Source of the DNA: Candidatus Eiseniibacteriota bacterium
GTDB taxonomy: Bacteria; Eisenbacteria; RBG-16-71-46
Reading direction: 5' to 3'
Length of the DNA: 64,000 nt
Assembly (NCBI GenBank): GCA_963744995.1
Contig: CAVUWA010000009.1
Span: 352,001-416,000, forward strand
Shown piece by piece: positions 49,681 through 60,582 of the stretch. The translations under genes were made by a program, and so were the position numbers. The notes under the pieces were generated by a model. It was not told the origin of the DNA and did no database searches. It saw nothing but the letters and a program-made list of their open reading frames with translations. Position 1 is the first letter of the stretch, and each line of letters starts with the position of its first letter.

Positions 49681-51507
49681 ATGAAGTTCGCTCGCCGTTG
49701 GATCCGCTGCCTCGCCGCCGTACTGGCCGTTCCACTGGCCCTGACGGGGTGCGGGGGCGCGAGCAGCCGGGCGAGCGTGACCTACCAGGACACGCATCCG
49801 CTTCCGGCCGATACCATGATGGTCCCGGTGCGCGAGATCGGCGTCTATGGCGGCCGGTTCGTCATCGGTCAGACCAACCCGCCCAAGACCTTCAACGCGA
49901 TCATGGCGAACGAGACGTCGTCCAGCGACGTCACCCAGCAGCTGTTCACCGTGCTCGCCGACTACGACAACGGCAGCCAGACGACCTACCCGGCGCTGGC
50001 GAAGTCCTGGGACGTGAGCGACGACGGGCTCACCTACACCTGGCACCTGCGCCACGGCGCCCGCTTCTCGGACGGCGTGCCGATCACCAGCGCGGACGTA
50101 CTGTTCTCGTTCGAGGTCGCCTACGACGAAACGCTGCATCCCTCGATCCAGGACCTGCTGCTCGCGGGGGGCAGGAAGTTCGAGGTCACGGCGCCCGACT
50201 CGTTCACGGTGGTGATGAAGATCGCGACGCCGTACGCGCTGCTGGTGCCGGCAGTGGGGTCGCTCAGAATCATGCCGAAGCACGTGCTGGAATCAACGTA
50301 TCGGAGCGGCGACTTCGCGGCCGCCTACTCCGTCAGCATCGACCCCGACAGCCTGGTGACCAGCGGGCCGTGGCGGCTCGAGGAATACGTGCCCAACGAG
50401 AAGACGGTGCTCACCCGCAATCCCTACTGGTTCGGCGTGGACCCGGAGGGCCACCGGCTGCCCTACCTCGACGAGCTGGTGTTCCTCATCGTCCCCGACC
50501 AGAACACCGCGGCACTCAAGTTCCAGGCCGGCGATCTCGACGGCCTCGACAACGTCAAGGCCGAGGACTACCAGACCTTCGAAGAGGGCCAGAAGAAGGG
50601 CGACTACACGCTCTACGACCTCGGCCCCGCGCTCAACACCAACTTCTTCTGGTTCAACCTCAACAGGGTCCGCGAAGCCGGCAACGGCAGGCACGTCGGC
50701 GACCCCCAGGTCGGCGCGGTCAAGTACGCGTGGTTCAGCAAGCCGGAGTTCCGCCAGGCGGTCTCGATGGCGATCGACCGCCAGGCGATGATCAACGGTC
50801 CGTTCTATGGCGAGGCCGTGCCCAACTGGTCGCAGATGACCCCGGGCAACAAGGTGTGGGGCAACAATCCCGACCTGAAGCCATGGAACTACGACCCCGA
50901 GGCCGCGAAGGCGAAGCTCGACGCGCTCGGGTACGTGGACCGCGACGGCGATGGCATCCGCGAGGATCCGGCGGGGCACGAGATCGAATTCAGCCTGAAG
51001 ACCAACAGCGACAACCTGGTGCGCATCGCGCTGTGCAACCTGATCGCCGATGATCTGCGCAAGGTCGGCATCAAGACCACGCTGACACCGGTGGACTTCA
51101 ATACCCTGATTTCCAACCTGCGCCAGGACTTCCAGTACGACGCGATCCTGCTCGGGCTGCAGGCGGGCGTGCCGCCGGATCCGGCGATGGGGCAGAACGT
51201 CTGGCGCTCGAGCGGGCTCACCCACTTCTGGGATATCAAGCAGCCGCATCCCGAGACCGCGGCCGAGGCCCAGATCGACCATCTGCTCGACATCAACATC
51301 GGCACCGCCGACATGAAAGTGCGGCTCGCGGCGTGGCGCCAGATCGAGGCGCTCCTGACGAAGGAGTGCTTCGTCGTCTGGCTGCCGACGCTCAAGGCGA
51401 AGGTGCCCGTGCGCAACCGCTTCGGCAACGTCGAGCCGACGGTGATTCCGCACCGCATCATCTGGAACATCGACCGGGTGTTCGTCAAACCGCGCCAGCG
51501 CGCCTGA
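49681..51507 (+). CDS. Peptide/nickel ABC transporter substrate-binding lipoprotein 2 (family 5)
   Basis: Lipobox LTG-C; close paralog of the previous gene. Confidence 0.92.
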   Translation: MKFARRWIRCLAAVLAVPLALTGCGGASSRASVTYQDTHPLPADTMMVPVREIGVYGGRFVIGQTNPPKTFNAIMANETSSSDVTQQLFTVLADYDNGSQTTYPALAKSWDVSDDGLTYTWHLRHGARFSDGVPITSADVLFSFEVAYDETLHPSIQDLLLAGGRKFEVTAPDSFTVVMKIATPYALLVPAVGSLRIMPKHVLESTYRSGDFAAAYSVSIDPDSLVTSGPWRLEEYVPNEKTVLTRNPYWFGVDPEGHRLPYLDELVFLIVPDQNTAALKFQAGDLDGLDNVKAEDYQTFEEGQKKGDYTLYDLGPALNTNFFWFNLNRVREAGNGRHVGDPQVGAVKYAWFSKPEFRQAVSMAIDRQAMINGPFYGEAVPNWSQMTPGNKVWGNNPDLKPWNYDPEAAKAKLDALGYVDRDGDGIREDPAGHEIEFSLKTNSDNLVRIALCNLIADDLRKVGIKTTLTPVDFNTLISNLRQDFQYDAILLGLQAGVPPDPAMGQNVWRSSGLTHFWDIKQPHPETAAEAQIDHLLDINIGTADMKVRLAAWRQIEALLTKECFVVWLPTLKAKVPVRNRFGNVEPTVIPHRIIWNIDRVFVKPRQRA

Positions 51508-51516
51508 ACGGTCGAC

Positions 51517-52485
51517 GTGCGCACCTACATCATCCGCCGCCTGCTCCAGACGATTCCGCTGATGCTCGGCATCTCGGCGCTGACGTTCCTGCTGCTGCAG
51601 CTCACACCCGGCGACTTCCTCAACCAGATGGCCGAAAATCCGGCGATCTCCTCGGCGACGCTGGAGGCCATGCGCAGCCGCTTCGGGCTCGACCAGCCCT
51701 GGTACGCGCAGTACTTCCTCTATCTCAAGAACGTCTTCCTCCATTTCGATTTCGGCCAGTCGTTCTCGCGCCATCAGCCGGTGTTCCTCGTCCTGAAGGA
51801 GGGCCTGCTCAACACGCTGCTGCTGGCCTCCTCCGCCGCCGTCGTCACCTGGGCCCTGGCGATCCCGCTGGGCGTCTGGGCCGCGGTGCGACAGTACTCG
51901 TGGATCGACAAGGGCCTCTCGATGCTGGCGTTCGTCTGGCTGTCGATCCCGGAGGTGCTCTCCGGTCTGCTGCTGCTGCTGCTGGCGGCGCGGACCGGGT
52001 GGTTCCCGGTGGGCGGGATGCGCTCGATCGACTGGCAGGACCTCGATACCATGGGGCGCGTACTCGACCTGCTCCACCATCTGGCGTTGCCGGCGCTCGT
52101 GGTCGGACTGATTCCGCTCGCGAGCCGGATGCGACAGATGCGCGCGAACCTGCTCGACGTCCTGCGCCTCGACTACGTCACGACCGCGCGGGCCAAGGGG
52201 CTCGACGAGAACGTCGTGATCTTCAAGCACGCCCTGCGCAACGCGCTCAACCCGCTGATCACCCTGTTCGGATTCACCCTCGGCTATCTGCTCTCGGGCT
52301 CGTTCATCGCGGAGATCATCTTCTCGTGGCCCGGCCTCGGGCGGCTGACGCTCGACGCGCTGCTCACCCAGGACCAGTACCTGGTGATGGGATCCGTGTT
52401 GATGGCGTCCGCCATGCTGGTGCTCGGCAACCTGATCGCCGACCTGCTGCTGGCGATCGCCGATCCAAGGATCGCGTATGACTGA
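51517..52485 (+). CDS. Peptide ABC transporter permease (OppB/DppB)
   Basis: YIIRRLL, FGLDQP, DYVTTARAKGL, HALRNAL, FSWPGLGRL, DPRI. Confidence 0.94.
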   Translation: MRTYIIRRLLQTIPLMLGISALTFLLLQLTPGDFLNQMAENPAISSATLEAMRSRFGLDQPWYAQYFLYLKNVFLHFDFGQSFSRHQPVFLVLKEGLLNTLLLASSAAVVTWALAIPLGVWAAVRQYSWIDKGLSMLAFVWLSIPEVLSGLLLLLLAARTGWFPVGGMRSIDWQDLDTMGRVLDLLHHLALPALVVGLIPLASRMRQMRANLLDVLRLDYVTTARAKGLDENVVIFKHALRNALNPLITLFGFTLGYLLSGSFIAEIIFSWPGLGRLTLDALLTQDQYLVMGSVLMASAMLVLGNLIADLLLAIADPRIAYD

Positions 52486-53604
52486 GACGCTCGACCGGAC
52501 CGCCGACGAGCTGCTCGACGAGGCGCCGCCGCAGTCGCCGACCCAGATGTTCTGGCGTTCGATCCGGCGCACGCCGATCGCCATCGTGTCCGGCATCATG
52601 CTGGGGGTGTTCTACCTGATGGCGCTGCTGGCGCCGTTCCTCGCCCCGTATTCGCAGGAGGTCATGGATCGCGAACGGTTCTTCCACCCGCCGCATCACC
52701 TGCACTGGGTGGACGCGGGCGGACACTTCCATGCCCTGCCGTTCATCCATCCGATGACCCAGAAGGCCGGCTTCCACTACACCGAGGATCGATCCGTGGT
52801 GGTGCCGGTGCGCTTCTTCGTGAAGGGCGAGCCCTACCGGCTGTTCGGACTGATCCCGACGGACCGCCACCTGTACGGGGTGGACCCGCCATACCGCATC
52901 TACCTGCTGGGCACCGATCCGTTCGGGCGCGACGAGCTGTCGCGGCTGCTGTTCGGCGCGCAGATCTCGCTCACGGTGGGCCTCGTGGGCATCGCCATCA
53001 CCTTCACGTTCGGCATGCTGCTCGGCGGCATTTCCGGCTACTTCGGCGGCTGGATCGACACCGGCATCATGCGCTTCACCGAGCTGCTGCTGAGCATTCC
53101 CGGACTCTACCTGCTGATCGCGCTGCGCCAGGTGTTCCCCTCGGACATGCCGAGCACCCAGGTCTACCTGGGGATCATCGCCATCCTGTCGTTCATCGGC
53201 TGGGCCGCGCTCGCCCGCATCATCCGCGGCATGGTCCTGTCGATCCGTCGCCAGGAGTACGTCACGGCCGCCGAGGCGCTCGGCGTGGGCCGCCTCCGCA
53301 TCATTTCCCGTCACATCCTGCCCAACACCATGTCGTTCGTCCTCGTCGCCGCGACGATCTCCGTTCCCGCGTACATCCTCGGTGAAGTGGTGCTGTCGTT
53401 CCTCGGTGTGGGGGTGCAGGAGCCGGCCGCCTCGTGGGGCAACATGCTCAATCAGGCGCGCAGCCTGCGGGTGCTCAGTTCGTTCCCGTGGCTGCTCTGG
53501 GCGCCGGGCATCGCCATCTTTCTCACGGTGCTGGCCTACAACTTCCTGGGCGACGGCCTCCGTGACGCCCTCGACCCCCGCAAGGTGCAGGGAGGAAAGA
53601 CCGG

Positions 53605-53608
<4 letters not shown>
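52478..53608 (+). CDS. Peptide ABC transporter permease (OppC/DppC)
   Basis: [48 protein letters not shown]. Confidence 0.94.
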
Positions 53609-55636
<2,028 letters not shown>

Positions 55637-56000
55637 GCCGGCCCCGCGCCGGGTGATTCCCGCGCGTGCCGTGCCGGCACGAACATCCCTGACGCAACGT
55701 CCAGCCTGCCGGCGCCGGCCGCGCGCGCGCCGGATCGGCTTCCGTGCCGCTCCAGCGCCGGATTCCCCAGCCGCGCCGGGTCGGACGGGGGAATCGCCCC
55801 ATCCCGAGCGGCGCAGCGGTCCCGGCGCGCCCCGTGCGGGCGCCCGGGCCCCGTTCCCAATCCCCTGCGGCGCAGTCGCATACGCCCCGCACTTCAGGCC
55901 CGGGCCGATCCCGGCACCCCGATTGCGTTGACCTTCCGTTGTCGGCCGGACGCCAGCGGCGCCCCGCCGACGCGGACGCGAAGCCCGCCGGGCCTGCCTC

Positions 56001-56204
56001 CGCCGCAGCGAAAAAACCGAATGTGTTCCCTGGACGATTCGTGCTTGGCCGGCTGTGGGCTGATCCCCCTATCGCGAGCGAAGGAGTCTTACGGTCGCGC
56101 ACACGGTCGAATCGGGGAACATCTTAGGGCCCCGCGCTCGCCGACCTGCAGCTTGCCAGACATCCCCGAGGCGACCGGGGCCCATCATCTTCTTCGCTGC
56201 CGCG
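56001..56204. ncRNA. Candidate structured RNA (three-way junction, about 200 nt), class unknown
   Basis: Closing stem GCAGCGAA (56005-12)/TTCGCTGC (56193-200); arm 1 TGTTCCC (56024-30)/GGGAACA (56115-21) plus CGATTCG/CGAATCG; arm 2 GGGCCCCG (56127-34)/CGGGGCCC (56176-83). Confidence 0.4.
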
Positions 56205-56237
56205 TGATCCCGCCACCGCCCGCCGGAACCCGCTGCG

Positions 56238-56266
56238 TTGACCCCTTCCGGCAAGCTTGCTAGCGT
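56238..56266 (+). promoter_or_regulatory. Putative sigma70 promoter of the BMC operon
   Basis: TTGACC-17-TAGCGT with an extended -10 TG. Confidence 0.6.
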
Positions 56267-56336
56267 GCGTCCGCTGACCTGCGGCCGTTCACCGTGCCGC
56301 GCGAACGTGACGACGTGACCCGGGAGGCGATGCCAG

Positions 56337-56639
56337 GTGGCGGTCGAGTCGCTCGGACTCGTCGAGACGCGAGGCTGGGTGGGGGCGGTGGAGGCGGCCG
56401 ACGCCATGTGCAAGGCGGCGTCCGTGCGCCTCGTCCGCTACGAAGTCGTGACCGATGCGTGGGTCACCGTGGTGGTGCGCGGGCCGCTGGCGGACGTCGA
56501 GGCTGCCGTCGCTGCGGGCGCTGCGGCCGCCGGGCGGGTCGGCGAGTGCGTCGTCAGACACGTGATTCCGCGTCCGGATGAACAGCTGGAAGCACCCATG
56601 GGAGGCGCCGCCGCCGCCGGTGGCGCGCCTTCGCCGTGA
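56337..56639 (+). CDS. BMC shell hexamer (BMC-H), divergent
   Basis: SLGLVETRG...[10 protein letters not shown]...TVVVRG...HVIPRP. Confidence 0.9.
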   Translation: MAVESLGLVETRGWVGAVEAADAMCKAASVRLVRYEVVTDAWVTVVVRGPLADVEAAVAAGAAAAGRVGECVVRHVIPRPDEQLEAPMGGAAAAGGAPSP

Positions 56640-56661
56640 ACCTTCGCCCAAGGAGTCGTCC

Positions 56662-56961
56662 ATGCAGGAAGAAGCGCTGGGCCTGATCGAAACACGTGGC
56701 TTCGTGGCCATGGTCGAGGCGTCGGACGCGATGGTGAAGGCCGCGCGTGTGGCACTCGTCCACTACGAGAAGATCGGCGGCGGTTACGTGACGACCGTGG
56801 TGCGCGGCGACGTCGCCGCGGTGCGCGCCGCCACCGAAGCCGGCGCCGCCGCCGCGGCGAAGGTCGGCGAAGTGGTGTCGGTGCACGTGATCCCGCGTCC
56901 GCACGGCCAGCTCGAGGACGTGCTGCCGATCCGTCGCCCCGAGCCCGCCGGCAAGAAGTAG
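56662..56961 (+). CDS. BMC shell hexamer (BMC-H, EutM/PduA-like)
   Basis: [51 protein letters not shown]. Confidence 0.95.
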   Translation: MQEEALGLIETRGFVAMVEASDAMVKAARVALVHYEKIGGGYVTTVVRGDVAAVRAATEAGAAAAAKVGEVVSVHVIPRPHGQLEDVLPIRRPEPAGKK

Positions 56962-56970
56962 CGCCGGGAC

Positions 56971-57279
56971 ATGCTGCTCGCGCGGGTCGTGGGCACCGTG
57001 GTGTCCACGCGCAAGGACACCGGCCTCACCGGCCTCAAGCTGCTGCTCGTGCGCGAAGTCGACGCCTCGTTCGAGGCGTCGGGCGCGTTCGTGGTGGCGG
57101 CGGATGCGGTGGGCGCCGGCACCGGTGAGGTGGTGATGATCGCGCAGGGTTCCTCCGCGCGCATGACGGAGGTCTCGCGTGAGAAGCCGGTGGATGCGGT
57201 GATCACCGGCATCGTGGACGCGGTGGAGATCGACGGGCAGGACGTCTACCTCAAGCGTGACACCAGGGCGGCACGCTGA
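56971..57279 (+). CDS. BMC vertex pentamer (EutN/CcmL family) 1
   Basis: ARVVGTVVSTRKD..L.GLKLLLV, VAADAVGAGTGE, GSSAR, PVDAVITGIVD. Confidence 0.95.
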   Translation: MLLARVVGTVVSTRKDTGLTGLKLLLVREVDASFEASGAFVVAADAVGAGTGEVVMIAQGSSARMTEVSREKPVDAVITGIVDAVEIDGQDVYLKRDTRAAR

Positions 57280-58694
57280 TGGCCGTCGACGCACGCCGGG
57301 TCGAAGCGATCGTCTCGCAGGTGCTGGAGCGCCTCGGGCAGGGCCCGGGCGCGGCGGGCGGCGCGAAACCGCTCGGCGTCCACGCTACGCTCGATGCCGC
57401 CGTGGCGGGCGCCCGCGCCGCCTACGAGGCGTTCGACCGGGTACCGCTCGCGACACGCCAGGCGATCATCGCCTCGATCCGCGAGGCGCTCTCGACCCAG
57501 TACCGCACGCTCGCCGAGATCGCGGTCCAGGAGACGGGGCTCGGGCGCGTCGAGGACAAGATCCTCAAGAATCGCCTGGTCACCGAGAAGACCCCGGGCA
57601 CCGAGGATCTCGAGCCGCTCGCATGGACCGGCGACCACGGGATGACGCTGCGCGAGCTCGCCCCGTACGGTCCGATCGCGGTGATCACTCCGGTCACCAA
57701 CCCGAGCGAGACCGTCATCAACAACGGGATCTCGATGATCGCGGGCGGGAATACGGTCGTGCTCTGCCCGCATCCGAACGCGAAGCGGGTGTCGAACGTC
57801 ACGGTGGATCTCATGAACCGTGCCGCCCTGCGCGCGGGGGCGGCGCTGCCTCTGCTGCACGCCGTCGAAGAGCCCTCGATCGAGGTGGCGAAGAAGCTGC
57901 TGCACTACCCGGGCATCCGGCTCAACGTGGTCACCGGCGGCCCGGCGGTGGTCAAGGAGGCGCTGTCGGCGCAGAAGAAGTCCATCACCGCCGGTCCCGG
58001 CAATCCGCCGGCGGTGGTCGACGAGACCGCGGACATCGAGAAGGCGGCGCGCGACATCGTCAACGGCGGCTCGCTCGACAACAACATCATCTGCACCGAC
58101 GAGAAGGAAGTGATCGCCGTGGGTCTGATCGCCGACCGGCTGAAGGAGGCGTTCTCGCGCTCGGGCGCGATCGTCCTGCAGCCGCACCAGATCGAGAAGC
58201 TGCGGCGCCTGATCCTCGAGAAGGAAAACGGCCCGCGCAAATACGCGGTCATCCAGCGCCGCTTCGTCGGCAAGAACGCCGACGTGATCCTGGCGGAGGC
58301 GGGCATCCCCTGCGATCCGGGGAAGCGCCTCGCCGTGTGCGAGGTCGATCACGATCACCCGTTCCTGTGGACCGAGCTGATGATGCCGGTGATGGCGATG
58401 ACCCGCGTGCGCACGGTCGACGAGGCGATCGACCTGGCGATCGAGGTCGAGCACGGCTTCCGTCACACCGCGTCGATGCACTCGCGCAACATCGAGAAGC
58501 TGTCGAAGATGGCGCGGCTCTGCAACGCTTCGATCTTCGTGAAGAACGGCCCGAACTACGCCGGTCTCGGCTACGGCGGCGAGGGGCCGACCAGTTTCAC
58601 GATCGCGAGCCCCACCGGCGAAGGCATGACGACCGCCCGCAGCTTCACGCGCGTGCGTCGCTGCACGCTCGTCGACGCGTTCCGGATCGTGTGA
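57279..58694 (+). CDS. eutE: CoA-acylating aldehyde dehydrogenase (EutE/PduP family) with N-terminal encapsulation peptide
   Basis: ETGLGRVEDKILKN, TGDHGMTL, PVTNPSET, TGGPAVV, AGPGNPP, DNNIICTDEKE, EHGFRHTASMHS, IASPTGEG; N-terminal amphipathic helix VEAIVSQVLERL. Confidence 0.93.
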   Translation: MAVDARRVEAIVSQVLERLGQGPGAAGGAKPLGVHATLDAAVAGARAAYEAFDRVPLATRQAIIASIREALSTQYRTLAEIAVQETGLGRVEDKILKNRLVTEKTPGTEDLEPLAWTGDHGMTLRELAPYGPIAVITPVTNPSETVINNGISMIAGGNTVVLCPHPNAKRVSNVTVDLMNRAALRAGAALPLLHAVEEPSIEVAKKLLHYPGIRLNVVTGGPAVVKEALSAQKKSITAGPGNPPAVVDETADIEKAARDIVNGGSLDNNIICTDEKEVIAVGLIADRLKEAFSRSGAIVLQPHQIEKLRRLILEKENGPRKYAVIQRRFVGKNADVILAEAGIPCDPGKRLAVCEVDHDHPFLWTELMMPVMAMTRVRTVDEAIDLAIEVEHGFRHTASMHSRNIEKLSKMARLCNASIFVKNGPNYAGLGYGGEGPTSFTIASPTGEGMTTARSFTRVRRCTLVDAFRIV

Positions 58695-59245
58695 TGCACG
58701 TCGCCATTGCTGCCGTCGAGACCAGCAGCATCGCCCAGGGCGCCGTCGTGGGCGACGCCATGGTGAAGATGGCCGAGGTCGAGATCGTCGAGGCGAGCGT
58801 GCTCTCGCCCGGCAAGTACTGGGTGGTGATCGGCGGCGGTGTGGCGGAGGTGCGGGCCTCGCACGCGCGCGGCGTAGAGGTCGCCGCCGACACGCTCCTC
58901 GATTCGCTGCTGATTCCGCAGATCCACCCGATGGTGCTCGCGGCGGCGCGCGGCACGGTGCCGCGCGGCGACGCCGACGATGCGCTCGGCGTGATCGAGA
59001 CGCTCAGCGCTTCGGCGGCGATCGTCGCCGCGGACGCTGCCGCCAAGGCGGCGCAGGTGACGTTGCGCGACCTGCGGCTCGCCAACGGGATCGGCGGCAA
59101 AGGGGTCCTGTACCTGACCGGCGAGGTCAGCGAGGTACAGGCGGCGGTGGACGCCGGCCGCGAGGAAGCGCAACGCCGCGGGCTGCTGGCCCGCGCCGTT
59201 GTGATTCCGCGTCTGCACGGGCAGATGAAGGCGCGGATCCGCTAG
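58694..59245 (+). CDS. BMC tandem-domain shell protein (BMC-T, PduT-like)
   Basis: ETSSIAQG...DAMVKMA...SPGKY; second domain ALGVIET...AADAAAKAA...RLANGIGGKG...VIPRLH. Confidence 0.9.
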   Translation: MHVAIAAVETSSIAQGAVVGDAMVKMAEVEIVEASVLSPGKYWVVIGGGVAEVRASHARGVEVAADTLLDSLLIPQIHPMVLAAARGTVPRGDADDALGVIETLSASAAIVAADAAAKAAQVTLRDLRLANGIGGKGVLYLTGEVSEVQAAVDAGREEAQRRGLLARAVVIPRLHGQMKARIR

Positions 59246-59520
59246 TGCAGTTCGCACGCGTCATCGGCACCGTGGTCTGCACGGTCCGGGTGCCCGCCTG
59301 GCGCGGCCATCGGATGCTGCTGGTCGAACCGACCGATTCGAGCGGCGCGGCCACCGGCGGACGTCCGCTCGTCGCGATCGACCTGGTCTCGGCGGCCCGG
59401 GGGCAGCGGGTGTTCTACGTGCGCGGCCGTGAGGCGGCCAACGCGCTGCCGGATCCGGACAACCCCGCCGACGCGGCCATCGTCGGCATCGTCGACGACG
59501 TGCTGGCGGAGAAACCCTGA
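59245..59520 (+). CDS. BMC vertex pentamer (EutN/CcmL family) 2
   Basis: ARVIGTVVCT, VAIDLVSA, RGREAA, PADAAIVGIVD. Confidence 0.92.
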   Translation: MQFARVIGTVVCTVRVPAWRGHRMLLVEPTDSSGAATGGRPLVAIDLVSAARGQRVFYVRGREAANALPDPDNPADAAIVGIVDDVLAEKP

Positions 59521-59801
59521 TGTTCCTCGCGCGCGTGGTCGGTCACGTCGTGGCGACGGTGAAGCACGCGGATCTCGACGCGCGGAAGCTCCTGCTGGTG
59601 CATCCGCTCCTCCCGGACGGGACGCCGACCGGGAGAGCGGTGATCGCCGTCGACGCGGTGGATGCGGGGCCGGGCGATCATGTCCTGGTCGCCGACGAGG
59701 GCAACTCCGCGGCGCAGGTGCTCAGGCGCCCGCGCGGCCCGATCCGCACGGTCGTGGTGGGCGTCGTGGACGCCGTGGAGACCGCTGCGGACGGGGTCTG
59801 A
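59520..59801 (+). CDS. BMC vertex pentamer (EutN/CcmL family) 3
   Basis: ARVVGHVVATVKH, IAVDAVDAGPGD, DEGNSA, PIRTVVVGVVD. Confidence 0.92.
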   Translation: MFLARVVGHVVATVKHADLDARKLLLVHPLLPDGTPTGRAVIAVDAVDAGPGDHVLVADEGNSAAQVLRRPRGPIRTVVVGVVDAVETAADGV

Positions 59802-59863
59802 GGGCGGGTTGCCCTCCATCCGGTAAAACGTGCTAGATTGTGCATTCGATCGAGGGTCTGGAC

Positions 59864-60070
59864 TTGCCGATCTACGAATACCGCTGCCGGGCCTGTTCCC
59901 GGCGCTACGAAAGCCTCGTCTCGCGAGCGGAAGCGGCCGCGCCGGAGTGTCCGTCTTGTCGTTCGACCGACGTGGAGCGGCTGCTGTCTGCGTTCTCCGT
60001 CGTCGGGTCCCATGCGAATCCGGCGCCGGGTCCGTGCGGCTCGCCTGATTGCGCCTGCCGCTCGAACTGA
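59864..60070 (+). CDS. FmdB-family zinc-ribbon protein
   Basis: TTG start, (M)PIYEYRCRAC...CPSC...VERLLSAF, Cys-rich tail. Confidence 0.85.
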   Translation: MPIYEYRCRACSRRYESLVSRAEAAAPECPSCRSTDVERLLSAFSVVGSHANPAPGPCGSPDCACRSN

Positions 60071-60102
60071 AAACCGGGGGTCGACATCACAGGAGGTTCA
60101 CC

Positions 60103-60408
60103 GTGACCAAAGCGGATTTGGTGGAGGAGATTTCGAGCAAGACGAGCATCTCCAGGAACCACACGGCGACCATCGTAGACCATCTGCTCGAGGCCATCGG
60201 TCTCGCGCTGACGGAAGGCAAGCATCTGGAGATCCGCGGATTCGGAACGTTCAAGGTGCGTGAGCGCCGGGCGCGCCGCGCCCGCAATCCGCGCAGCGGA
60301 ACCGAAGTGCTCGTTCCCGCCAAGCTCGTGCCGGTGTTCAAGCCGAGCCGCGAGCTGAAGGCGCTGGTTCTGGATGGCGCGGAAACGCACGAAACGATCA
60401 CTGGCTGA
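60103..60408 (+). CDS. HU/IHF family DNA-binding protein
   Basis: (M)TKADLV, EIRGFGTF, ARNPRSG, PVFKPS; AGGAGG RBS. Confidence 0.93.
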   Translation: MTKADLVEEISSKTSISRNHTATIVDHLLEAIGLALTEGKHLEIRGFGTFKVRERRARRARNPRSGTEVLVPAKLVPVFKPSRELKALVLDGAETHETITG

Positions 60409-60431
60409 TTCACCACGAGCAGGGAGAACGA

Positions 60432-60527
60432 ATGGGTTCGGGAAAGAAGCGGAAGCGCAAGAAGATCGCCACCCACAAGCGGAAGAAGCGTCTTCGCAAG
60501 AACAGACACAAGAAGCGCATCCGTTAG
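60432..60527 (+). CDS. 30S ribosomal protein bS22-like (AURKAIP1/COX24 domain), 31 aa
   Basis: Read directly from DNA: MGSGKKRKRKKIATHKRKKRLRKNRHKKRIR*, with GGGAG RBS; not in the ORF track. Confidence 0.85.
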   Translation: MGSGKKRKRKKIATHKRKKRLRKNRHKKRIR

Positions 60528-60582
60528 GCCGCGCTTTCCGGAACGGGACCCCGCTCCCCGCATCATCGGCCGCGCACTCCGT

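Noticed and set aside
55637..56336. Cobalamin riboswitch, tmRNA, SRP RNA or a protein-coding gene upstream of the BMC locus
   Set aside because: No B12 box, no T-arm/CCA end and no SRP domain IV motif. ORFs here are Pro/Arg-rich with no coding bias. Kept only as an unclassified structure.
56337..59801. Carboxysome or classical eut/pdu operon
   Set aside because: No RuBisCO, carbonic anhydrase, EutBC or PduCDE genes.
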